This document shows, one piece after another, positions 1-8,151 of a DNA stretch of 58,424 bases; the first letter of the stretch is position 1, and each line of letters starts with the position of its first letter. The stretch is from positions 1 through 58,424 of the forward strand of contig DAOWLG010000038.1 in assembly GCA_030643485.1 (NCBI GenBank). Direction: 5' to 3'. The position numbers and the translations under genes were made by a program. Under the pieces are notes generated by a model. The model made no database searches and was not told the origin of the DNA. It worked only from the letters and a program-made list of their open reading frames with translations. This DNA comes from Candidatus Nealsonbacteria bacterium. GTDB taxonomy: Bacteria > Patescibacteriota > Minisyncoccia > Minisyncoccales > JAGMDC01.

Positions 1-252
1 GCTATGTTTCTTAGCGAGTAATTCTTTTTTTTGAGAATTACAATTTCATCTCGCTCGCTTTTTGAAAGATGCGAGAACTTTTTTGTTTTGTTTTTCATTC
101 TTTTATTCTACCATGTTCGGTTTCAAATGGGAATGTGGGAATTTAATACTCGTAGAGACAAGCCCATCGTTTGCACCTGGCATAAATTACATTGCGGAAG
201 TTTTAGGGGCGATTGAATATGCATTGAAGGACTTTAAAGAATAACTAAACTT

Positions 253-841
253 ATGAAAGAAGAATTTTATAGAGCGGATTTGAAGAATATCGCCATAGAT
301 GATTTAGAAAAGTTATCTAAATTTTTAGAGTTATCCGAACAAGATAAAAGTTATTGGAAATGGGTTATTATTGCGTTGCATAGTTCTTTGTATGAATTTA
401 TGTTGCTTGCCTTGTCGGGAGGTAATGTTTACTCAGATATTTGGGAAAAAGTAGAAAAGGAAAAAGTGGGACTGATTTATGAAATCAAACTTTTTCATTC
501 AAGGAATAGGATAATCTGTTTTTTTGCAAGCTTTTAGACGAATAAAAAACGCAAAGAAAATGTGTGGCAAACCATTTGTTTCTAATTCAGATATTGATGA
601 AGCGATGAAAACATTAAATACAGAATTTCGCAACCAATTTTCTCATTTCAAGCCAATAGGTTGGTCAATTGAAATTTCTAGAATAAAAAAAATTTTACAG
701 ATAACCTTGCCAATAATTATTTTTATTACTTCTGAGTTTCAAAAGGAAGGAATGGGGAGGGTGAGGATATTAATGGAAGAGAATGAACAGTCAGCGATAG
801 ACGAAATGTTAAAAAAAATTATTTTACGGAGCAAATTTTAG
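253..841 (+). pseudogene. Frameshifted HEPN-like protein (two ORFs, 253-537 and 524-841)
   Basis: Removing one T from the T7 run at 519-525 joins IICF to LQAFRRIK; the downstream part has RNQFSH (RxxxxH). Confidence 0.55.
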
Positions 842-895
842 TAAAATTTTAAAAGTATTTTTAGTTTGCACCATATCAATTTTAATTAAAAAAAT

Positions 896-1273
896 ATGCC
901 TATTATAAAATGTCCAAAATGTGGCGAAGAATACGATTCTATGTATTCTTCTCACTCTTGCGAAAAATCCAAAAAAGTGCCATCGGCAAAAAATAAAAAA
1001 GGCAATACTACTATATACGGCACAAAAGACCAAAATAAATCCTATAAAGATTTTAAAAACGTCATGAAGGATGAATGTAATTTTTATAGCAAAACCGACG
1101 AATACGAAAATGAGATAATCAAAATGGTTGTTTTTATTTGTGTCATAGCAGGTATAATAGGTATGATGAGTGTGGGGTGGAATATAGGGGTATTTTTGTG
1201 TTCTGCCCTTATAGGATTCTGTATATCTCTTGTTTTAGCCCCTATGATTGTGCTTGGGACTAATGATAAATAA
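896..1273 (+). CDS. Hypothetical membrane protein with N-terminal zinc ribbon
   Basis: CPKCG…HSC at the N-terminus; two hydrophobic segments at the C-terminus. Confidence 0.65.
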   Translation: MPIIKCPKCGEEYDSMYSSHSCEKSKKVPSAKNKKGNTTIYGTKDQNKSYKDFKNVMKDECNFYSKTDEYENEIIKMVVFICVIAGIIGMMSVGWNIGVFLCSALIGFCISLVLAPMIVLGTNDK

Positions 1274-1364
1274 TAGAAGTAAAAATGGAAGAAGTAAAAA
1301 TGGGGTCAACTCTATTTTAGAAATAGTAAATAGCAAGGTGAGACGACAACAGATGACTATTGAT

Positions 1365-1392
1365 TTGACAGATTTTGTGAGATTGCTACAAT
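1365..1392 (+). promoter_or_regulatory. Sigma70-type promoter for the riboswitch leader
   Basis: TTGACA-N16-TACAAT with extended -10 TG. Confidence 0.6.
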
Positions 1393-1419
1393 AAATAAAA
1401 GCGATAATTGAATATGCGG

Positions 1420-1528
1420 TTTATCAAGAGTGGCGGTTAGAGTTCTGGCTCAACAATCCGCCCAGCAACCCTTCAAAATGATTCTTTGAAGAAGGTGCTA
1501 AATCCAGCCCCACACGGGGAGAGATAAA
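1420..1528 (+). ncRNA. SAM-I (S-box) riboswitch aptamer
   Basis: TTATCAAGAG start; P1 TTTATC/GATAAA; GCAACC…GGTGCTAAATCC core; CTGG/CCAG pseudoknot; P4 CCCC/GGGG. Confidence 0.88.
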
Positions 1529-1546
1529 AGGTCGATTTTTTATTTT

Positions 1547-1578
1547 ACTCTTTCTCTCGGGAAAGAGTTTTATTTATT
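1547..1578 (+). terminator. Riboswitch expression-platform terminator
   Basis: ACTCTTTC…GAAAGAGT hairpin followed by a T-rich tract. Confidence 0.7.
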
Positions 1579-1581
1579 ATT

Positions 1582-1755
1582 ATGAAAACATCAATAAAAA
1601 ATTTTCAAAACAAAACAAGGCAATCTCAATCAAAAGAAAAAAAGCGAACATTACTTTCCCAGAAGAAAAAGAATACGGGGAAATTTTGGGACGATTTGGA
1701 GGAGGTGCAGGGGGAAGAAGGGACAGTTTTCGTTATCCCGTTTCGTCAGAAATAA
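1582..1755 (+). CDS. 57-aa small protein (not in ORF track), paralog of 1836-2159
   Basis: MKTSIKNF…KNTGKFWDDLEEVQGEEGTVFVIPFRQK; motif shared with the next ORF. Confidence 0.6.
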   Translation: MKTSIKNFQNKTRQSQSKEKKRTLLSQKKKNTGKFWDDLEEVQGEEGTVFVIPFRQK

Positions 1756-1835
1756 AAATAGAACCAAAGCCGCAAAAGCAGGTCAAATTAGCCTATTTGA
1801 CTTGGAAACATTTAATACTAAATACATAAAAAAGT

Positions 1836-2159
1836 ATGAAAAAGTTAATAACACTTATATCTACGAAGGGGAAATCAAAGGAACAGATAAAATCGGAGAT
1901 ATTAAAGCAATTACAGGAGAAAGGGTTTTTGAAACCAAAGCAGGAAAAGAATACGGGGAAGTTTTGGGAAGATTTGACAGAAGAGCAGGGGGAAGAGGAT
2001 ACGATAGTAGTAATTCCTTTTTTAAGAAATGAAAAGAAGCAAAGCCCGCAGAAAGAACCGAAAAATTCTGAGAGCGTAAAGGAATCACAGGAGAATACGG
2101 AAAGAAGATGTTTTCAGATTATAGGATACCCACGAGCAAAAAAGAAATCGGAGAAATAG
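1836..2159 (+). CDS. Hypothetical Lys/Glu-rich protein
   Basis: Contains KNTGKFWEDLTEEQGEEDTIVVIPF, matching the upstream small ORF. Confidence 0.6.
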   Translation: MKKLITLISTKGKSKEQIKSEILKQLQEKGFLKPKQEKNTGKFWEDLTEEQGEEDTIVVIPFLRNEKKQSPQKEPKNSESVKESQENTERRCFQIIGYPRAKKKSEK

Positions 2160-2594
2160 GGATAAAATAAAAATTCCGATTTTGGACAATTTTTATTTTT
2201 TTCGGCTTATCGTACAAGTGAGCGAATCTGAAAAGAAAAAATTGCGAAAAGCAATTTTTTCCAAACACAGCAAAAATTTATTCCGATTATACGAAAAAAA
2301 ATTCGACGGTCGCCCCCCAAAAAAAATAAAATGTGAAATTTTTGCTGGGTTTGGGCGGTTGCCTCGCAAGGCAACCGCCTTTTCAGTCCCGCGTCGGCGG
2401 TTGCCTCTTTCCTGCGGTCGTTCTCGTTCTCGGAAGCGGTCTCGTTCGTCGTCGTTCGTCGTCGTGGTCGGCGGAAAAGAGGAACAAGCAAATCTCATTT
2501 TTTCAAATCTTTTTTCTTGCTTTGGTGGATTAAATTTGGTAGAATGATATTGAAAGTTTGAAGTTGTTTAATTTGAGCACTAACTAAAATTATT

Positions 2595-3068
2595 ATGCCT
2601 ACAAAAATTGAAATTTTTAATCAAACACAATTAAAAAAGGATTTGCCTGATATTCGTCCCGGCGACACTGTTCAGGTTTATCAAAAAATGCCTGCTTCTA
2701 TTGCAAGCAAAAAAGAAAAAGAAAAGGGCAAAGAAAAAATCCAGATATTTGAGGGCTTGGTTTTGGCGCGCAAGCACGGAAAAGGAGCCCCCGCAACTAT
2801 TACAGTAAGACGGGTAGTCTCTGGAATCGGAGTGGAAAAAATCTTTCCAATACATTCGCCTTTAATTGAAAAAATAGAAATAACAAAAAGGGCAAAAGTG
2901 CGCCGCGCAAAACTTTATTATCTAAGAGCCGTAAAAGGTAAAAAAGCGCGATTAAAAAGAAAAGAATTTACTCCAACAGCGCCTAAAAAAGCGCGGGAAG
3001 AAAAGATTGAAGAAAAACCGGAAAAGAAAGCGGAAGAAAAAAGCGAAAATAGCGCCCAGGTGATGTAA
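2595..3068 (+). CDS. rplS: 50S ribosomal protein L19
   Basis: PDIRPGDTV, FEGLV, GVEKIFP.HSP, KVRRAKLYYLR. Confidence 0.97.
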   Translation: MPTKIEIFNQTQLKKDLPDIRPGDTVQVYQKMPASIASKKEKEKGKEKIQIFEGLVLARKHGKGAPATITVRRVVSGIGVEKIFPIHSPLIEKIEITKRAKVRRAKLYYLRAVKGKKARLKRKEFTPTAPKKAREEKIEEKPEKKAEEKSENSAQVM

Positions 3069-3136
3069 TTGGTAACCATAGCGGCTTGAGGGGCCGTGCC
3101 CGCAAGGGCGTGTGGGTTCAAGTCCCACCCTGGGCA
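3054..3136 (+). tRNA. tRNA-Leu(GAG)
   Basis: GCCCAGG/CCTGGGC acceptor stem, anticodon loop TTGAGGG, long variable arm, GTTCAAG T-loop; CCA not encoded. Confidence 0.93.
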
Positions 3137-3205
3137 CATAAATTTTTGCTATTGCAAAAATTTATTCCAAACTACAAATTACACACACAAATTACATAAT
3201 TTCAT

Positions 3206-3237
3206 AAAAAAACCGCCAATTTATTGGCGGTTTTTTT
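3206..3237. terminator. Bidirectional intrinsic terminator
   Basis: A7-CCGCCAAT/ATTGGCGG-T7 between convergent genes. Confidence 0.85.
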
Positions 3238-3260
3238 ATGTATATGTAATATTCGTAAAT

Positions 3261-3503
3261 TTATTTCTCTACTTTTTTATTTTTATCTTTAAAAAACCAT
3301 TCATAAATACCGAAAATCCAAGTGGCAGTATAAACAAAACTAACAAAAAACACTCCCCATTGTTCATTTACATAAGCGGTGATATACCAAAATGGCTGAG
3401 AAAGAAGTCCAACTACAAAACCCCATTTATTCTTTTTTGCCACAAGTATAATTGCTCCTGCTCCTAAAATAAATATCGCTACCTGACAAATGTTGTCAAA
3501 CAT
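3261..3503 (-). CDS. Small PnuC-like membrane protein
   Basis: Three TM segments; KWGF.VGL..QP.W and GIYEW pattern. Confidence 0.6.
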   Translation of the reverse strand: MFDNICQVAIFILGAGAIILVAKKNKWGFVVGLLSQPFWYITAYVNEQWGVFFVSFVYTATWIFGIYEWFFKDKNKKVEK

Positions 3504-3544
3504 ATTTTTTTAAAAAATGGAAATAAATTTAATAAATAAATTTT

Positions 3545-4276
3545 TCACTCCAATTTACCAAATTTATTTAAGAATTTTTTCCATTTTCCAAAATCTCGCG
3601 CGCTAAAATGTTGCCTATCTTGGTCTTTGAAAAAAGAAATGCCTTTTATAGAATCTCCCATAATCTTTTTAAAATTATTCACAGACATAACTAAAAAATG
3701 AGGTTTATCATTATTATCAATCAAACACCAAATATAAAAATGATATTTATCTTTTATTAAATCTCGTGGTTTCATATCTACCGCGTAAGTATTTTTTGAT
3801 TTTCCATTTTTATATTCAATTCTTGAACTTTTTACCTGAATTGTGCGAAATTTTGTTGTATAATTTTTACTTCCGCATTCACAAAAGTGATTAATCATTT
3901 CTATTTCTCCACCACATTTATCACAAGATGGTTGATTAATTAAATTTTTACTTCCACACTTTACGCATTTAGTTTTATTGCCAATCATTTCATACTTACA
4001 ATCAAGACACATTTTTTTAGCAATTATTTTACTTTTTTGAATTTTTGAAAAATCTTTACCACATTTTTTACATACTAACTTAGGAGTCAAATTCCAATTT
4101 TTTCCACAATCTTTGCAAACATGTTTATGAATTATAAAATCTATGTATTCATCGTAAACAGGATCATAAACATTCCACCCGTATTTAGATAATTCAAAAG
4201 ACACTAAAAATTCTCCATAACGAGAAAAATGTTTTGCGCTTAAACCAATTGTTGTTTTTTTCTTTTTTTTCCGCAT
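3545..4276 (-). CDS. Putative PD-(D/E)XK restriction endonuclease with multiple zinc ribbons
   Basis: GE.LV..EL…IDFI…IQVKS motifs interrupted by CxxC repeats; adjacent to an MTase; ATG at 4276. Confidence 0.7.
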   Translation of the reverse strand: MRKKKKKTTIGLSAKHFSRYGEFLVSFELSKYGWNVYDPVYDEYIDFIIHKHVCKDCGKNWNLTPKLVCKKCGKDFSKIQKSKIIAKKMCLDCKYEMIGNKTKCVKCGSKNLINQPSCDKCGGEIEMINHFCECGSKNYTTKFRTIQVKSSRIEYKNGKSKNTYAVDMKPRDLIKDKYHFYIWCLIDNNDKPHFLVMSVNNFKKIMGDSIKGISFFKDQDRQHFSARDFGKWKKFLNKFGKLE

Positions 4277-5498
4277 AATTAAATTCCGAAATATCAACAA
4301 ATTTATTATTAGATAGATTAGATGCTAAACTTTTTTTTATATTTTTCAAACTTGCGTCGCGGAACATTTTTTTATTTATTTCAATACCAATACCAATTCT
4401 ATTTAATTTTTTTGCTACAATTACGGAAGTAAAACTTCCCCCAAAAGGATCTAATACCTTTTCTCCTCGATAAGTGAACATTTTTATTGTAAATTCTGGT
4501 ATGCTTTCTGGAAAAGGAGCGGTATGACCAAGAACATTTTCGCCTCTGCTATTTATTTTAATAACTGGAGAAAATTTCAAAACATCTCTCCGCCATTTTT
4601 TAATAAAATCTTTTGAAATTTCATATTCTTTTGACTGATGAGATTGTGTTATTAATGTTTTCAAAGAAAACCTTTTTCCGCGATTGCTTTTGCTTCGCTC
4701 AAAACATTCTAAATTCTTACATTCCCAACTCATTAAACCAATTTCAGATTGCGTATTACCGTTAACTTTTAATGTTCCGCAAATAGGACAAGGATAACGG
4801 GTATTATCTAATCTATGTTTATGAAATATCAAAATATGTTCATAACAATTAGCAGGATATTGATAAAAAGGATAGGGACGATTTCCATTTTTATGTCTTT
4901 CGGTTTGAACTTCGCCTTTATCCCAAATAAAATCATCAACAAATGTAAATCCTTGTTCTTCAAAAATTTTAATAAAATACGCACCAAGAGGTAATCTTCT
5001 TTTTCCCCAGACAGATTTTGTTTTCAAATTATCATTATCAAAAATATCGCCGATATTAAAAACAAATACACGATGATTGTCTAATACTCTGTAAGACTCA
5101 CAAATGATTTTGCGCATATCTTCTAAATACTCGTTTAGATTTTTCCATTGGGAATAATCGCGGGCATTATAGTAAGGTGGAGATGTAACCATAACATGAA
5201 TTGACTCAGATTTCATTCCCTGCATAACTTTTAGGCAGTCTCCCCAAATTATTTTTATTCCATTATCTTTTTTTTCTATAAATGTAGATAATTTATCGTT
5301 AACACCTTGATATTGTCTTTGATAATCTTCTTTGACAAATTGAATATAAATTTCAGAAAAACTTTTAATTATTTCATCGCGATTTTTTGATTTTCTTAAA
5401 TATGCAATCTTTTTCAAAAATTCATCTAAACGACCTTTAGAAAAAGTTTTTAATAAATACCGTTCGCTTATTTTCAAAATTTTATCTAAATAAAACAT
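4194..5498 (-). CDS. Site-specific DNA methyltransferase (beta class, likely N4-cytosine)
   Basis: TSPPY motif IV precedes LDPFGGS motif I; GHTAPFP. Confidence 0.92.
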   Translation of the reverse strand: MFYLDKILKISERYLLKTFSKGRLDEFLKKIAYLRKSKNRDEIIKSFSEIYIQFVKEDYQRQYQGVNDKLSTFIEKKDNGIKIIWGDCLKVMQGMKSESIHVMVTSPPYYNARDYSQWKNLNEYLEDMRKIICESYRVLDNHRVFVFNIGDIFDNDNLKTKSVWGKRRLPLGAYFIKIFEEQGFTFVDDFIWDKGEVQTERHKNGNRPYPFYQYPANCYEHILIFHKHRLDNTRYPCPICGTLKVNGNTQSEIGLMSWECKNLECFERSKSNRGKRFSLKTLITQSHQSKEYEISKDFIKKWRRDVLKFSPVIKINSRGENVLGHTAPFPESIPEFTIKMFTYRGEKVLDPFGGSFTSVIVAKKLNRIGIGIEINKKMFRDASLKNIKKSLASNLSNNKFVDISEFNYAEKKEKNNNWFKRKTFFSLWRIFSVF

Positions 5499-5535
5499 AA
5501 TTACATAGATTAAAAATTATAGAGGCGTGGGGTTT

Positions 5536-5619
5536 CCCCACACCTATTGAGGATATGCGAATTCATAAAATGAATTCGCCCCTGTCGCCTTCGGCGACTA
5601 ATCCTTAATAGGTGTGGGG
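5536..5619. repeat. CCCCACACCTA-family palindromic element, copy A
   Basis: ~18-bp terminal inverted repeat with two internal hairpins; relatives at 28252, 28635, 28710, 29362. Confidence 0.85.
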
Positions 5620-5646
5620 TTTCCTTATATCTTATTTTAATATAAA

Positions 5647-7920
5647 ATGAAAATAATGGCAAATGTGAATTTATCTACTTTAATTGAACAAATTCCTGGA
5701 ATTGGCGCGGTTTTTCAGAAAAAACTGAAGAAATTGGGGATTAAAACGGTCCGGGATATTTTGTATCACTTTCCTCATCGGTATGAGGATTTTTCTAATA
5801 TCGTTCCTATTTCAAAAGTTAAATTTCACCCCGTTAGAAAATCAGAAAAAAAAATCAAAGGTCAATCCCGTCTTCTTAAATTTTCTAACGGGGTAAATGA
5901 AACAGTATGCGTTCAAGGCAAAATTCTGGAAATCAAAAACGAAAAAACCTGGAAAAAAAGAATGTTTTTAACCCAGGCAGTAATTCAGGATAATACCGGA
6001 GCCATAAAAATTGTCTGGTTTAACCAGCCCTATCTAACAAAAACCTTAAAACAAGACGACAGTATTTATTTGGCAGGAAAAGTTGCCTTGGGCGATGACG
6101 GCGCCTATCTTTCCAATCCCGCGTATGAAAAAATTACAAATTACAAATTACAAACAGATGACTTAATTCATACCGGGAGAATTATTCCGGTCTATCCAGA
6201 AACAGAAGGGCTTTCCTCGCGATGGCTTCGGTATATTGTAAAGCCGTTGTTGGTAGAATTATCAACGCAAATTCCGGAAATTTTACCCAAAGAAATAATT
6301 CAGAAAAATAATCTCTTGTTGCTCAAACAAGCGATTTGGCAAATCCATTTTCCGGATTCAATGGATTTGGCAAAAAAAGCGCAGAAACGTTTTTCTTTTG
6401 AAGAACTTTTTCTAATTGAATTGGCTGTGATAAGCGCAAAAATGCGGTTAAACAAAGAACAATCCACGGCTATTCCAATGGATGTTAAATTGATGAAAAA
6501 ATTTGTTAAATCCCTGCCATTCAAGTTAACTGACGCTCAAAGAAAATCTGCGTGGCAAATTCTAAAGGATTTAGAAAAACCTTGTCCTATGAACCGCCTC
6601 TTGGAAGGAGATGTCGGCTCTGGAAAAACCATAGTGGCGTTAATGGCTGCTTTGGAAACAATAAAAGCCGGTTATCAGGTTGCGCTTATGGCTCCAACTG
6701 AAATTTTAGCAAAACAGCATTTTCAAGGCGTTTCTGCTTTACTAAAAGATTTTAATATCAACATCGGGCTTCTTACAGGAAAAGAAGACAAATTTGTGTC
6801 GCGAAAATTAAAACAAGAAGTAATAGAAATTTCCCGCCGAAAATTATTAGAAAAAACAAAAAATAGCGAATTAGATATTTTAATCGGCACTCACGCCTTA
6901 ATTCAAGGTAAAGTAAAATTCGGAAATCTGGCTTTGGTAATCTTGGACGAACAACACCGCTTCGGCGTTGACCAGCGCGCACGGCTTTGCCAATCCCAAG
7001 CAATCCAAACCAATAAAAACAAAAATATTTCACTCCTACGCACAGTTGCAACTGTGCGTAGGAGTGTTCCGCATTTGCTATCTATGACTGCCACGCCTAT
7101 CCCCCGGACTTTAGCACTGACCATTTACGGCGATTTGGATTTATCTTTAATTGACGAATTGCCAAAAGGAAGGAAAAAAATTATTACTAAAATAGTGGCG
7201 CCCGCAAACAGGCAAAAAGCATATAATTTTGTAAAAAAAGAAATCAAAAAAACAAGGCAGATTTTTGTGATATGTCCAAGGATTGAAAGCCAAAAAGACA
7301 AAGAAAATATAGATACTGCTTCTTCATGGGCAAATGTAAAATCAGTTGAAGACGAATACGAAAAATTGTCAAAAGAAATTTTTCCAGACGCGAAAGTAGA
7401 AATGCTTCACGGAAAAATGACGCCAAAAGAAAAGGAAAAAATAATGAAAAATTTCAAAAATAAAAAAACAGATATTTTGGTTTCCACTTCAGTGATTGAA
7501 GTGGGAATTGATGTGCCCAATGCCACGGTAATGTTTATTGAAGGAGCGGATAGATTTGGCCTGGCTCAACTTCATCAATTCAGAGGAAGAGTAGGAAGGT
7601 CAAAATATCAATCCTATTGCTTGCTGTTCACCGACTCGCCGGCTGTTAAAACCCGACAGCGGTTGAGGGCATTAATCACCTCTGAAGATGGATTTAAGCT
7701 TGCTGAAAAGGATTTAGAAATTAGGGGAGCTGGTGATTTTTTCGGCGCGCGGCAGTGGGGCATATCTGATTTAGTGATGGACTCCCTAAAAGATATAGGT
7801 TTAGTGGAAAAAACCAGAAACGCGGCGCAAAAGATATTAGAACAAGACCCGGAATTAAAAAATTATCCCCTGCTTCAAGAACGCCTACAAAAATTCCAAG
7901 AAAAAATCCACTTGGAATAG
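5647..7920 (+). CDS. recG: ATP-dependent DNA helicase RecG
   Basis: GDVGSGKT, DEQHRFGV.QR, MTATPIPRTL, QLHQFRGRVGR. Confidence 0.97.
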   Translation: MKIMANVNLSTLIEQIPGIGAVFQKKLKKLGIKTVRDILYHFPHRYEDFSNIVPISKVKFHPVRKSEKKIKGQSRLLKFSNGVNETVCVQGKILEIKNEKTWKKRMFLTQAVIQDNTGAIKIVWFNQPYLTKTLKQDDSIYLAGKVALGDDGAYLSNPAYEKITNYKLQTDDLIHTGRIIPVYPETEGLSSRWLRYIVKPLLVELSTQIPEILPKEIIQKNNLLLLKQAIWQIHFPDSMDLAKKAQKRFSFEELFLIELAVISAKMRLNKEQSTAIPMDVKLMKKFVKSLPFKLTDAQRKSAWQILKDLEKPCPMNRLLEGDVGSGKTIVALMAALETIKAGYQVALMAPTEILAKQHFQGVSALLKDFNINIGLLTGKEDKFVSRKLKQEVIEISRRKLLEKTKNSELDILIGTHALIQGKVKFGNLALVILDEQHRFGVDQRARLCQSQAIQTNKNKNISLLRTVATVRRSVPHLLSMTATPIPRTLALTIYGDLDLSLIDELPKGRKKIITKIVAPANRQKAYNFVKKEIKKTRQIFVICPRIESQKDKENIDTASSWANVKSVEDEYEKLSKEIFPDAKVEMLHGKMTPKEKEKIMKNFKNKKTDILVSTSVIEVGIDVPNATVMFIEGADRFGLAQLHQFRGRVGRSKYQSYCLLFTDSPAVKTRQRLRALITSEDGFKLAEKDLEIRGAGDFFGARQWGISDLVMDSLKDIGLVEKTRNAAQKILEQDPELKNYPLLQERLQKFQEKIHLE

Positions 7921-7961
7921 TTGATTTTTCTCTATTTATTGGTATAATAAATGATTACATT

Positions 7962-8033
7962 GCCCTCGTAGTTTAACGGATAAAACAAAAACCTTCTAAG
8001 TTTTAGATGGGGGTCCGACTCCTCCCGAGGGCA
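7962..8033 (+). tRNA. tRNA-Arg(TCT)
   Basis: GCCCTCG/CGAGGGC acceptor stem, anticodon loop CTTCTAA; T-loop TCCGACT. Confidence 0.88.
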
Positions 8034-8036
8034 CAT

Positions 8037-8112
8037 GGTGGTCGTAGTGTAGTGGTTAGCACGAGATCTTGTGGAGATCTCAACGGGAGTTCGATTCTCC
8101 TCGACCACCCCA
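8037..8112 (+). tRNA. tRNA-His(GTG)
   Basis: Encoded G-1 and C73, anticodon loop TTGTGGA, encoded CCA. Confidence 0.95.
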
Positions 8113-8151
8113 AAAAACTTGACGAGAATTTTTATTTTGGCCGCAAAAAAT

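Noticed and set aside
1..244. ORF 62-244 as the tail of a gene entering the window
   Set aside because: In-frame TGA at 32-34 beside a T8 run; too little context to call a gene or pseudogene
2182..2547. Overlapping ORFs on both strands
   Set aside because: Low-complexity translations of a GC-rich repeat tract with no protein motifs
2688..2712. MPASIASK segment in L19 as another palindromic insert
   Set aside because: Only a 5-bp stem; too weak without an ortholog alignment
8071..8151. N-terminal extension of hisS in the ORF track
   Set aside because: Overlaps tRNA-His; ATG at 8152 is the plausible start
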